Shown: piece by piece, positions 48,651 to 57,930 of the stretch
Layout of the letters: each line of letters opens with the position of its first letter
How positions within the stretch are numbered: position 1 is the stretch's first letter
Source: an uncultured Gemmataceae bacterium
Lineage (GTDB): Bacteria; Planctomycetota; Planctomycetia; Gemmatales; Gemmataceae
Direction of reading: 5' to 3'
DNA length: 64,000 bases
Assembly (NCBI GenBank): GCA_963750165.1
Contig: CAVVPN010000012.1
Location: 96,001-160,000, forward strand
Program-made: the position numbers and the translations under genes
The notes under the pieces: generated by a model
Told to the model about the DNA's origin: nothing
What the model saw: the letters and a program-made list of their open reading frames with translations, nothing else
Database searches by the model: none

Positions 48651-49988
48651 GGGGCCTCCCTGGCGTCCGGCGCCGATAGCTGGTGTGCGTGCAACAGCAG
48701 CGCTTCCAGATGTTGCCGCAGCGGCTTGACCTCAACTTTGTCCAGGACGCCGTTGGCGAAGGCGAATGTGAGAATCCGCCGCGCTTCCGCCAGACCGACG
48801 CCGCGGGCGCGGAAGTAAAAGAGCGCGTCGGTGTTCAGCTGGCCGACCGTGGCGCCGTGCGTGCATTTCACGTCGTCGGCGAAGATTTCCAGTTGCGGCT
48901 TGGTGTTAATGGTGGCATCGTCCGACAACAGCAGTGTCTGATTGGTCTGCTTGGCGTCGGTCTTCTGGGCGTCCTGGCGCACGAAAATCTTGCCATTGAA
49001 AACGCCGTGAGCGTGGCCGTCGAGGATGCCCTTGTACAATTCATGGCTGGCGCAGTTGGGTTTGGCATGGTCGATGAACGTGTGATTATCGATGTGCTGC
49101 CGCCCGCCGATGAGATACAGGCCGTTGAGCGTACACTCACAACCCTCAGCGTCGAGGATGGCGTTGACTTCGTTGCGCACCAGGCCGCCGCCGAACGTTA
49201 CGGCATGCGAGCGGAAGTGACTGGCCCGGTCGTGCCGAACCTGTAACGTTTCGATGTGGAAGGCACGCTTACTTTCGTGCTGCACCTTGTAATGATCGAC
49301 GACCGCCCCGGGGGCCAACACGATCTCGGTGACGGCGTTGGTAAAATACACTTCCTCCGTCAAACCAACATATTGTTGAATGACCCTGGCCTGGCTGTGC
49401 GTCTCGGCCAGGAGGAAGCGTGCGCGGGTAGGACACCGTTGGTTCGCCGCCGTTGGCGGAGATGAACAGCAATTGAATCGGCTGCTCCACGACGGCGTTC
49501 TTCGGCAGGTGCAGGAAGGCGCCGTCCGCGGCGAACGCGGTGTTGAGGGCCGTGAACGGCTGCTCCTGAAAGCGGGCATAACGGGCCAGGTGGGTCTCGA
49601 CCGTCTTGCCGTCCGTCCGCAGCGCCTCCGCCAGGCTGCCGACGCGCACGCCGGGTGGCAGCCCCGTCAGCGTGGACAGTTCCGCGGCAAAGCGGCCATT
49701 GACGAACACCAGCCGGCAGCCGTCCCCGGCGTCAAAGGCAAGGCCCTGCATTTGCTCGGCGCGGACGCGGCGCACAGGGGCCGGCTGAAACGCGACCTCG
49801 GCCAGCGGTTGCAGACTGGTGAAGCGCCACTCCTCATCGCGCGGCCCGGGGAAGCCCAGTTCGGCGAAGCGCTCGATCGCCGCCGAGCGCAGCCGCTGCA
49901 ACCACACCGGCGCCGCTGCCTGCTCCTTCTCGAAGCGCGTGAAGTGCGTCAAATAATGTTCTTTCTCTGCCATCACGTCCGTTATCAT
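48647..49988 (-). CDS. sufD: Fe-S assembly protein SufD (apparent frameshift ~49430)
   Basis: Motifs EEWRFT, VFVNG, LNTAFAADG, KPQLEIFADDVKCTHGATVG. Confidence 0.9.
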
Positions 49989-50009
49989 GGCGTGTTATGT
50001 CCTTGTGAG

Positions 50010-50768
50010 TTACACCGGCTGCGCGGCCGTCTCCTCGATCCAGCCGTAACCCTTGTCCTCCAGTTCCAGCGCCAGTTCCTTGCCGCCGGACTTGACGATG
50101 CGGCCGTTGAACAGCACGTGAACGTAGTGCGGCACAATATACTCCAGCAGGCGCTGATAGTGAGTGATGACCAGCATGCCGCGCTCGGGGCTGCGCAGGG
50201 CATTGACGCCATCCGCGACGGTGCGCAGGGCGTCAATGTCGAGGCCGGAATCGGTCTCGTCGAGGATGGCGAGTTTGGGATCGAGGACCGCCATTTGAAA
50301 GATTTCGTTGCGTTTCTTTTCGCCGCCGGAGAAGCCCTCGTTGACCGGCCGCTTGAGCAGGTCGTCGGCGATGTGCAGCACCTTGGTCTTTTCCTTGCAG
50401 AGCTTGAGGAAGGCCACTGCGTCCATTTCCGGCTGACCGCGGTGCTTGCGGACGGCGTTCAGCGCAGCCCGCAGGAAATAAGTGTTGCTGACGCCGGGGA
50501 TTTCCACCGGGTACTGGAACGCCAGGAAAATGCCCTCGCGGGCGCGATCCTCGGGGTCGAGGTCCAGGAGGTCCTTGCCCAGGAAGGTGACGGTTCCGGC
50601 GGTGACCTCGTAGGCTTCGCGGCCGGCGAGGACGCCCGCGAGCGTGCTCTTGCCGGAGCCGTTCGGCCCCATGATGGCGTGGACCTCGCCGGCGTTGATC
50701 TGGAGGTTGATGCCGCGCAGGATTTCCTTGTCGGCGACGCGGGCGTGCAGGTTGTGGATGGTCAGCAT
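50010..50768 (-). CDS. sufC: Fe-S assembly ATPase SufC
   Basis: Motifs GPNGSGKST, FQYPVEIPGV, FSGGEKKRNE and LDETDSGLDID. Confidence 0.96.
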   Translation of the reverse strand: MLTIHNLHARVADKEILRGINLQINAGEVHAIMGPNGSGKSTLAGVLAGREAYEVTAGTVTFLGKDLLDLDPEDRAREGIFLAFQYPVEIPGVSNTYFLRAALNAVRKHRGQPEMDAVAFLKLCKEKTKVLHIADDLLKRPVNEGFSGGEKKRNEIFQMAVLDPKLAILDETDSGLDIDALRTVADGVNALRSPERGMLVITHYQRLLEYIVPHYVHVLFNGRIVKSGGKELALELEDKGYGWIEETAAQPV

Positions 50769-50785
50769 TTCGCGATCAACTCCTC

Positions 50786-51106
50786 TCAGTTTTCAAACCC
50801 TTCATTGCCCGTACCACGCCCGATGCGAAGTTTGCTGCCGTATGGAATATCGTCTTTGGAAGTGTCCGGGGGCAGAACAATGCCAAATAAGCCTGGGGCG
50901 TGGGGCGGGGCGTGGACCATGTCGAGCGCATGCACAACCGTCTGAAAGCGGCTGCCGTCAGGACGGAGAAACTCAACAGGATCACCAACCCGAACCGTCA
51001 TACCATGCGGGTCAGGATACTCCGCCAAGACGACCAGGCCACGTCCCAGGACGTTCAAGGCGAATGGGACCGGAACAAACCCTGATTGATCTGGTTTGGG
51101 TTCCAT
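50786..51106 (-). CDS. Hypothetical 106-aa protein inside the suf operon
   Basis: The ORF fills the sufB-sufC gap on the operon strand and has lower GC. It is beta-rich (GRGLVV, VRVGDPVEFLRPDG). Confidence 0.6.
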   Translation of the reverse strand: MEPKPDQSGFVPVPFALNVLGRGLVVLAEYPDPHGMTVRVGDPVEFLRPDGSRFQTVVHALDMVHAPPHAPGLFGIVLPPDTSKDDIPYGSKLRIGRGTGNEGFEN

Positions 51107-51131
51107 GACTATCGTCCCAATGTTTCTATTA

Positions 51132-51187
51132 CCAGCCCGAAGCGTAAGTGAGGGAAACTGTTGTCCCTCGCTTACGCTTCGGGCTGG
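51132..51187. repeat. REP doublet
   Basis: CCAGCCCGAAGCGTAAGTGAGGGA / TCCCTCGCTTACGCTTCGGGCTGG, with one mismatch. Confidence 0.85.
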
Positions 51188-51197
51188 CAGGGGCGCC

Positions 51198-52648
51198 TCA
51201 CCCCACGCTACCTTCCAAACTCACGCCCAGCAGTTTCTGCGCCTCGACCGCGAACTCCATCGGCAACTCGCGGAACACCTCCTTGCAGAAGCCGTTGACG
51301 ATCATGTGGACCGCGTCCTCCTTCGACATGCCGCGCTGCTGGCAGTAGAAAATCTGGTCCTCGCCGATCTTCGACGTGGACGCCTCGTGCTCCACCTGCG
51401 CCGTCGGGTTGCGCACCTCGATGTACGGGAACGTGTGCGCCCCGCAGCGGTCGCCGAGCAGCAGCGAGTCGCACTGCGAATAATTTCGCGCCCCGTCGCG
51501 CCCTTGAGGATCTTCACCTGGCCGCGGTAGGTGTTCTGGCCGTTGCCGGCGGAGATGCCCTTGGACACGATGGTGCTTTTCGTGTTCTTGCCGATGTGGA
51601 TCATCTTCGTGCCGGTGTCGGCCTGCTGCTTGTTCTTCGTCAGCGCGACCGAATAGAACTCACCGACCGAGTTGTCACCTTGCAAAATCACACTCGGGTA
51701 TTTCCAGGTGATGGCCGAGCCGGTCTCCACCTGCGTCCACGAAATCTTGGAGTCGGCGCCGCGGCAGGCGCCGCGCTTGGTCACGAAGTTGTAGACGCCG
51801 CCGCGGCCCTCGCGGTCGCCGGGGTACCAGTTCTGCACCGTCGAATACTTGATCTGCGCCTTCGGCCCCGCCGCCACCAACTCGACCACCGCGGCGTGCA
51901 GCTGGTTCTCGTCGCGCATCGGGGCAGTGCAACCTTCCAAATAACTCACGTACGCGCCTTCCTCGGCGACGATCAGCGTTCGCTCGAACTGGCCGGTGCC
52001 CGCGGCGTTGATGCGGAAGTATGTCGAAAGCTCCATCGGGCAGCGCACGCCCTTCGGGATGTAACAGAATGAGCCGTCGCTGAAGACCGCGGAGTTCAGG
52101 GCCGCGAAAAAGTTATCATTGTACGGCACCACCGAACCCAGATACTTTTTGACCAACTCGGGATGGTTCTGCACCGCCTCGGAGAAGGAGCAGAAGATAA
52201 TGCCCAGTTCGCCCAGCTTCTCCTTGAACGTGGTCGTCACGGACACGCTGTCCACGACGGCATCGACCGCGACGCCGCTGAGCCGTTTCTGCTCGTCCAG
52301 CGAGATGCCGAGCCGGTCGAACATGGCCTTCACTTCCGGGTCCACCTCGTCCAGGCTCGTCAACTGCTTCTTCGACTTCGGCGCGGAATAATAGATGATG
52401 TCCTGGTAGTCGATGGGGGCGATCTTGAGGTTCGGCCACCAGCGCGGCTCCTGCATGGTGCGCCAGTGGCGGAACGCCTTCAATCGCCAGTCCAGCATGA
52501 ACGCCGGCTCGTTCTTCTTGGCCGAGATCATGCGAATCACGTCTTCACTCAGGCCGCGCGGCAACTGGTCGGCGTCGAGGTCAACGTAAAAGCCTTCCTT
52601 GTACTCGCGGTTGGCCAGTTCCTGAATTTCGCTCGTCGCAGTGCTCAT
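51198..52648 (-). CDS. sufB: Fe-S assembly scaffold SufB (apparent frameshift ~51490)
   Basis: Motifs [38 protein letters not shown] and [20 protein letters not shown]. Confidence 0.95.
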
Positions 52649-52704
52649 CCGTCTTTCCTGATAAGAGGTCTCCGGACGGCCACCCCGTCCGGTGGTGTTC
52701 CCAA

Positions 52705-53244
52705 TTATTTTGTCTCCGCCAGCACCGCCGGCCGCACCAGCGGCGGTAGCGTCAACAACTCCGGCTGCGGCGCGAACGCCACGTTGCCCAGCCGCGCCCT
52801 GACCAGGGCACCGATGTCGCCGCCGCCGCGCAACAGGTCCGCCAGCGTGATGCGGTCCAGGCCGTTGCGCATCCATTGCTCCAACGTCTGCCACAGCGAC
52901 CGCAGCGAACAGCCGCCGTGATGGACACAGTTGCTCGTCCCCGTGCTGCCGGCGTGCCGTTCGCAATAGCCCGGCTCGTCGAACAGCGGCTCGCCAAGCG
53001 CCAGCAACAACGAGCCAAGCCCAATCTTCTCCGGATCCTGCGCCAGCCGATAGCCGCCGGAACGGCCGCGCACGCTCTCGATCAGCCCCGCCTGCCGCAG
53101 CACCGACAGCAGTTTGGCGGCGTAGGGCACCGAAAGCCCTTCCGCGGCAGCGATTTCCGGCAGCGTCGCCGACGCCTTCGCGCCGGACTGCGCCAGCCGT
53201 AGCAGGCACCGCAAACCGTATTCTTCCTGGGCTGAAATCTTCAT
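52705..53244 (-). CDS. Rrf2-family transcriptional regulator (IscR-like, three Cys)
   Basis: [18 protein letters not shown] and C-X11-C-X5-C. First gene of the suf operon. Confidence 0.9.
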   Translation of the reverse strand: MKISAQEEYGLRCLLRLAQSGAKASATLPEIAAAEGLSVPYAAKLLSVLRQAGLIESVRGRSGGYRLAQDPEKIGLGSLLLALGEPLFDEPGYCERHAGSTGTSNCVHHGGCSLRSLWQTLEQWMRNGLDRITLADLLRGGGDIGALVRARLGNVAFAPQPELLTLPPLVRPAVLAETK

Positions 53245-53276
53245 GGCCTTCTCTCGTGGCGAGGCGTTCTATCTAC

Positions 53277-53308
53277 ATTGTAAGAATCTGTACTTTTTAG
53301 TCAACATT
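53277..53308 (-). promoter_or_regulatory. sigma70-like promoter TTGACT-N16-TACAAT overlapped by an IscR-type-1-like palindrome
   Basis: Minus strand AATGTTGACT-AAAA-AGTACAGATT, then TACAAT. Confidence 0.65.
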
Positions 53309-53385
53309 AGCATCGGTGGTTGGCAGCAGATCGCGCGGAAGCGGTTGCAAACACAGGAGTTATTCAGGCCGGCTGGGCAACAAGA

Positions 53386-53436
53386 ACCCCGTTTACGTTT
53401 CGCGCGGACAGCATCCGCGCGAAACGTAAACGGGGT
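53386..53436. repeat. REP-like palindrome
   Basis: 23-bp perfect arms ACCCCGTTTACGTTTCGCGCGGA / TCCGCGCGAAACGTAAACGGGGT. Confidence 0.85.
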
Positions 53437-53464
53437 CATCTGGCGCCGGGTCAGGGCGATTTGC

Positions 53465-55873
53465 TCACGGCGCTTGCAACTGCTTCGCGAACCAGTCCGC
53501 GACCTCCGCGGGTGCGGCCGGCTCCGTCCGCAGCGTCAAGCGCTGGCCCTGCCTGGCGGCCTGGTACGCGGCCCGCGTCAGGCCGTAAGCCTGGGCCAGA
53601 TCGCCGGCGGTCGCACGCTGGTTCAGGCCGCTGACCAGCCCCTCCAGCCGAATCGCTCGCGGCGCCAGCGCCGCGGCCACGTCATCCAGATCGCCCACGG
53701 TCAGCACGCCCGGCAGCAGGGCGTCGTGCGGCAGGTACGCGAACTGGCTCTTCAGCAGCGACCGATAGCCGGTCAGGCCGCCACGGACGTAGACCGCTTT
53801 CACGTCGTCCTCGTACAGCGCGCCCAGCAGCGCCAGCAGACCGCCGAGCGGTTCCGCCTGGGTCGGCAGTTTGTCGGCGTCGAGGGGCGCCCGCACGTTC
53901 AGGCCGGCGGCGTTCTCCGGCGCGAACGAGTCGCCCCACAGGGCGATACGCTTGCTGTCGATGTCTCGCGCTCGGCGCAGGTAGACCAGCGCTGCACGCA
54001 GGTCGCGCAGCCGCGCCCCAAGGAGCGTGTCGCCCAGCATTTGCTCGGTCGCGGACAGCGAGGTGCCGGTGCTCTGGCGACCGCGGCTGCCGTCCGCCGG
54101 CCGCGTCGCCCCGGTGCCGCGCACGTCCACCAGACAGACGGCGACCTTCTGCCGCAGCAGCGCCGCAATCGTCTCCGCGCGCTGCTTCAGGAACGCAGCG
54201 GTGCCGTGCTGCGCCACCGCGACCACCACGGGCACGCGCTTCCCCTCGGGGACGTCGGGCCGCAACAGCAGGGTGGGGACCGGCATCTCGTTGCGGTCCT
54301 TCGACCGGTCTGGCTCACCTTCCAAAATCTGGGGATCTTCCGAAAAGCTCCCGTGATTGGTGGCCGGCAGCAGGTCCGCTGGCACAATCCCCACGGTCAC
54401 CTTGCCCAGCAGTTTCGCCAGGGACTGCCGCAGCTGCTTGCGTTGCTCCGCGGCGGCCAGTTTCGTCCGCTGCTGCCGCACCGCCGCCAGCCGCTCCCCG
54501 GCCAGCCGATCCGCCAACGCCACCGCCGTCAGCGGCTTCAGTTCCTGCCGCGCCGCGTCCGTCCAGCACTCCAGCTCCACGGCCTTGCGACGGTCCTGGA
54601 CCTCCGGCAGCGGCGACGTCATCTTGAACCAGTCTTTGAAGCTCTCGTAAATCGGCCGCCGGTGGATCGGGCCGATGTTGTTGCAGTGCGTGTTGTCCGG
54701 CCCCGCCTGGCCCTTGACGCTGCCCTTGCCCTTCGTCCACGACAGTTTGTCCGCCGCGCCGTACCAGCCGTAAATGGTTTCGAAGCGTTGCCACACCGGG
54801 TCGCGGCCCTCGTCCCAGGCGAACTCGTGGGCGTAAACCAGCGGCCGCGGCGCCGTCGCGGCGACGATCACCCACGGCAGAAAACCGTCGCGCCCGGACA
54901 GGCGCAGGTTGCGCGTCGATTCCCAGCTGCCGCCGCCCAGGTAGTTGAACTTCGCCTCCGCGTCCTTCGGCAGCGGCAGCGTCGTCTCCGGTTGCGGGCC
55001 GCCGAAGTTGAACGGCACCGCGGCGCGGATGCGGTTGTCCAGCGCCGCCGCCACCGCGCACGGGTCGCCGCCGCCGGCCACCGAGCCCAGCAAAATAATG
55101 CGGTCCCGGTCGATGCCCTGCTTGCCGAACAGCAGATCGACGCCGCGCATCAGGTCCCACACCATCCAGCCAATTTGACTGTCGCCGATCAGGTGCAGCT
55201 GGTTGCCGACGTTGTAGCGGAAGTAGTAATCCTGGCGGCCGACCTTGAACGGCCCCGGATACTTGCCCGCGTCCGTGAACAGGTGCTGCCGCCGTTCGCC
55301 GTGGCCGAGCTGGTCGGGGATCAACACCAGGCAGCCTTGCCGCGCCCAGTTCACGCCCATGTCCTGCAGTTCGCCCTGCGTCTTCGGGTTGTGGTGGCTG
55401 TGGATGATGATGATTCCCGGCATCGCCGCGGCCGGCTTGGCTGGCGAATACAGGTTCGCCGTCACCCACAGACCGGGACGGCTCTCGTACAGCAGGTTCT
55501 CGATTTGGTAGCCGTCGCCCTTGAGCGTCTTCGTGACGCGGACCTTCAGTTCCTTCGGCGCCTCCGGCCACACCATCAGCGACTCACGCAGCGCCTTGAT
55601 TTTCGCGTCGCGGAACTTCTCCCAGTCCGCCTTGCCCTTGAGGGCCTTCCAGGCGTCGGTGCTCTTGCGGTTCGCCTCGACGCGACGCTGCTTGATGAGC
55701 TGCGCCAGCGCCGCCTGCGCTTCCTTCGCCTGGACGCTGCCGGGCTCGTAGGGGCTCGGCTTGAGGGCCTGGATTTTTTTGGTCAGCTCGGCCAGGGCCT
55801 TGTCGTCCTGGGCACGGGCCTGGCTCGATGGGAACGCGAGGAGGGCGGCGAGCAGCAACGGAGAGCACTTCAT
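53465..55873 (-). CDS. Secreted double alpha/beta-hydrolase (acetylxylan-esterase/dienelactone-hydrolase-like), 802 aa
   Basis: Signal peptide, YESRPG..VTANLY, DQLGHGER, DLMRGVDLL, IILLGSVAGG, and a second module DVRGTG...IALWGDS. Confidence 0.75.
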   Translation of the reverse strand: MKCSPLLLAALLAFPSSQARAQDDKALAELTKKIQALKPSPYEPGSVQAKEAQAALAQLIKQRRVEANRKSTDAWKALKGKADWEKFRDAKIKALRESLMVWPEAPKELKVRVTKTLKGDGYQIENLLYESRPGLWVTANLYSPAKPAAAMPGIIIIHSHHNPKTQGELQDMGVNWARQGCLVLIPDQLGHGERRQHLFTDAGKYPGPFKVGRQDYYFRYNVGNQLHLIGDSQIGWMVWDLMRGVDLLFGKQGIDRDRIILLGSVAGGGDPCAVAAALDNRIRAAVPFNFGGPQPETTLPLPKDAEAKFNYLGGGSWESTRNLRLSGRDGFLPWVIVAATAPRPLVYAHEFAWDEGRDPVWQRFETIYGWYGAADKLSWTKGKGSVKGQAGPDNTHCNNIGPIHRRPIYESFKDWFKMTSPLPEVQDRRKAVELECWTDAARQELKPLTAVALADRLAGERLAAVRQQRTKLAAAEQRKQLRQSLAKLLGKVTVGIVPADLLPATNHGSFSEDPQILEGEPDRSKDRNEMPVPTLLLRPDVPEGKRVPVVVAVAQHGTAAFLKQRAETIAALLRQKVAVCLVDVRGTGATRPADGSRGRQSTGTSLSATEQMLGDTLLGARLRDLRAALVYLRRARDIDSKRIALWGDSFAPENAAGLNVRAPLDADKLPTQAEPLGGLLALLGALYEDDVKAVYVRGGLTGYRSLLKSQFAYLPHDALLPGVLTVGDLDDVAAALAPRAIRLEGLVSGLNQRATAGDLAQAYGLTRAAYQAARQGQRLTLRTEPAAPAEVADWFAKQLQAP

Positions 55874-55901
55874 GGGGTGGTCCTTCGGAAGCGGTTTCTT
55901 C

Positions 55902-56064
55902 GTTCGTAGTTCCGCCTTCAGGCGGGTTTGGGCGAAGACCGCCTGAAGGCGGAACTACGAACCAAGGAGGCGCCGAACAACAACTTCGTAGGACGGCTCT
56001 CCAGAGCCGTCGGGACGGCTCTGGAGAGCCGTCCTACTCTTGGAAGTTGTTGTTCGGCGCCTCC
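55902..56064. repeat. Cluster of two GTAG-type REP doublets, the second nested inside a 22-bp outer inverted repeat
   Basis: First doublet at 55902-55962. Outer arms GGAGGCGCCGAACAACAACTTC at 55966-55987 and 56043-56064. Inner arms GTAGGACGGCTCTCCAGAGCCGTC at 55988-56011 and 56014-56037. Confidence 0.88.
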
Positions 56065-57737
56065 CAAGACAGCACGCTCACTGCTTCGGCTGGTTCTTGT
56101 CGGCGTCCGGCCGCGCGCTGCGCCTGGACGGCGAACGCCCGCACCGCGCTCGGGTCCAGGTGGATCCGCAGCCGCAGCGCCTCGCCGCCTTGCAGCCTGC
56201 AGCGGATTTTACCCTCGCCGTTGGGGCCGAACAACTGGTCCAGCTTTTTTTCCAGCCCCGGGTGCTCCTTCGCACGCAGCTCCGCCAGGCGGCGCAGCGA
56301 CAACTCGAAGTGCATCGGCTCCGCCGGCCCCGTCGGCGCCTGCAGCGCTTCCCGGAGCGACTTCAGGGCGTCGTCGCCCACGGCCAGGAACAGCGCGTCC
56401 GGTCGGTAGGCCACGTACATCGGCCCGGTGCCGAACACCTCCTGGCACTCCTTCGGCAGCGCCTGGCCCAGGTCCAGCCGGTGAATGCCAACGGTGCCGG
56501 ACTGGTCCACGCCGTACTTGAACTTTGCCTTCTCCGCTTCCGGCAGCGCCCGCACCAGGGCGTCCACCGTTTTCTTCACTTTTGCCGGGCTTTTCATCGC
56601 GCGAGCCGCCACCAGGGTGTAACGGCCTGCCTTGTCAGGGCCGCGCAGCACAAACGCGCCGTTGATGTGCCGCGTACTGACCGCCGGCGCCAGCGACAAC
56701 AAGAGGTCGCCCACCTCCTCCTTCGGGTCGCCCTCCTTCAGCTTCGCGCGGGCCTTTTTCGCGGCCGCTTCCAGCACCGGGTTCACCGCCTTGCGCAGCC
56801 GCTTCGACAGCGTGAACGACACCATACCGGCGGCGGCCGCGTCCGCCTTGAACAGCCCCGGAACGGTGCTGGTCGTTTTGTCCATCTTCGCGAGCATCTC
56901 GGCCAACCGGGTGCCCGCTTTCGGCGTCAGCGTGACGTTCACCTGCAACCCGTGCTGCCCCGGCCCCGCGTCCAGCTCGGCGTCCAGTTCCTTGCCGTCA
57001 TTCACCAGCGACGCGAAGCAATGCCGCAGCTCGTCCCCGAACAGCTGGCGGAACTTCTGGTGCGTTTCCGCCCAGAGCCCGGTCTGGGTATGCGATTCCG
57101 GGCACATGCTCTGCCCGAGGCCGCGCAGCATGAAGGTGTTCACGATGCGCTCACGGGCCTGTTCCGGGAAGCGGTCCAGGTGCATGGTGACCGACAGGGC
57201 CGCCTTCTGGTTCGGCAGGAACAGCACCTTCGGACTCAGCACGCGGTCGCGGGCCACCAGGCCGGGGCCGCTCAGCGCGAAGTAGCCGTAGCCGTTCGCC
57301 ACTCGCAGGTCGCCCTGCTTCGACACCCCCTTCGCCTTGAGAATGTACAGGTGGTCATCCGTCCCCGGCCGCACGTCAAGGCCGAGGGTGCGGAGCGTCT
57401 CCACGAACTGCTTCTCATCGGACACCGGGATCATCAGCACATCCGGCGGCTGGCTCGCGTCCAGCAGCTTGTTGCTGAAGACGTACATGCCGAGCGGCCG
57501 CTTGGCATCGACGCCCTTGAGATCCTTGAGGCTGGTGAGGTGCTTCGCGGCCAACCACTGGCCGGCGAGGTGGTTGCCGGTCAGGCAGGACATCAGGTGC
57601 AGGCCCCTGTCCACCGTCGCCAGTGAACGGACCCGGACAACAATCGCGGGCTTGAGTTGGTCGTCACCGGCGTGGGCCAGCGCCGGAGCGGCGAACAGGG
57701 CAGCAACGGTCAGACAGGGCAACCAGTGCGTGCGCAT
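56034..57737 (-). CDS. Secreted hypothetical protein, 567 aa
   Basis: GGAGG RBS, signal peptide ending AHA, and host-like codon usage. The 3' end runs into the repeat, so the true stop may be 56078. Confidence 0.7.
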   Translation of the reverse strand: MRTHWLPCLTVAALFAAPALAHAGDDQLKPAIVVRVRSLATVDRGLHLMSCLTGNHLAGQWLAAKHLTSLKDLKGVDAKRPLGMYVFSNKLLDASQPPDVLMIPVSDEKQFVETLRTLGLDVRPGTDDHLYILKAKGVSKQGDLRVANGYGYFALSGPGLVARDRVLSPKVLFLPNQKAALSVTMHLDRFPEQARERIVNTFMLRGLGQSMCPESHTQTGLWAETHQKFRQLFGDELRHCFASLVNDGKELDAELDAGPGQHGLQVNVTLTPKAGTRLAEMLAKMDKTTSTVPGLFKADAAAAGMVSFTLSKRLRKAVNPVLEAAAKKARAKLKEGDPKEEVGDLLLSLAPAVSTRHINGAFVLRGPDKAGRYTLVAARAMKSPAKVKKTVDALVRALPEAEKAKFKYGVDQSGTVGIHRLDLGQALPKECQEVFGTGPMYVAYRPDALFLAVGDDALKSLREALQAPTGPAEPMHFELSLRRLAELRAKEHPGLEKKLDQLFGPNGEGKIRCRLQGGEALRLRIHLDPSAVRAFAVQAQRAAGRRQEPAEAVSVLSWEAPNNNFQE

Positions 57738-57930
57738 GACGGTTCCTCCAGGATGCGTGAGAGTGGGCGGAACAAGGAGGAGCGTGCAAACATCATGCCC
57801 GCGGGACCCAGATCCGTGCCACGGTCCCCAGCGCCGGCGTGCCAGGCGCGAGCGCCGCTATTTGGGACTTGCTTCCGCCCGCTTGTGCAGCGCCGCGCGG
57901 CTGGCCGGCCAACTCCGTTATGTGCTGGGT

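Noticed and set aside
39290..52648. Frameshifts in PoxB-like, FAD oxidase, sufS, sufD and sufB (and both kinases) as pseudogenisation or programmed frameshifting
   Set aside because: They are scattered single indels, mostly in GC runs, in otherwise intact genes including core Fe-S genes. I noted no slippery-site pattern, so long-read error is most likely. Read-level polishing would decide.
52649..53209. N-terminal extension of the SufB ORF (apparent Rrf2-SufB overlap)
   Set aside because: It is an alternative frame of the Rrf2 gene. SufB starts at MSTATSE (52648).
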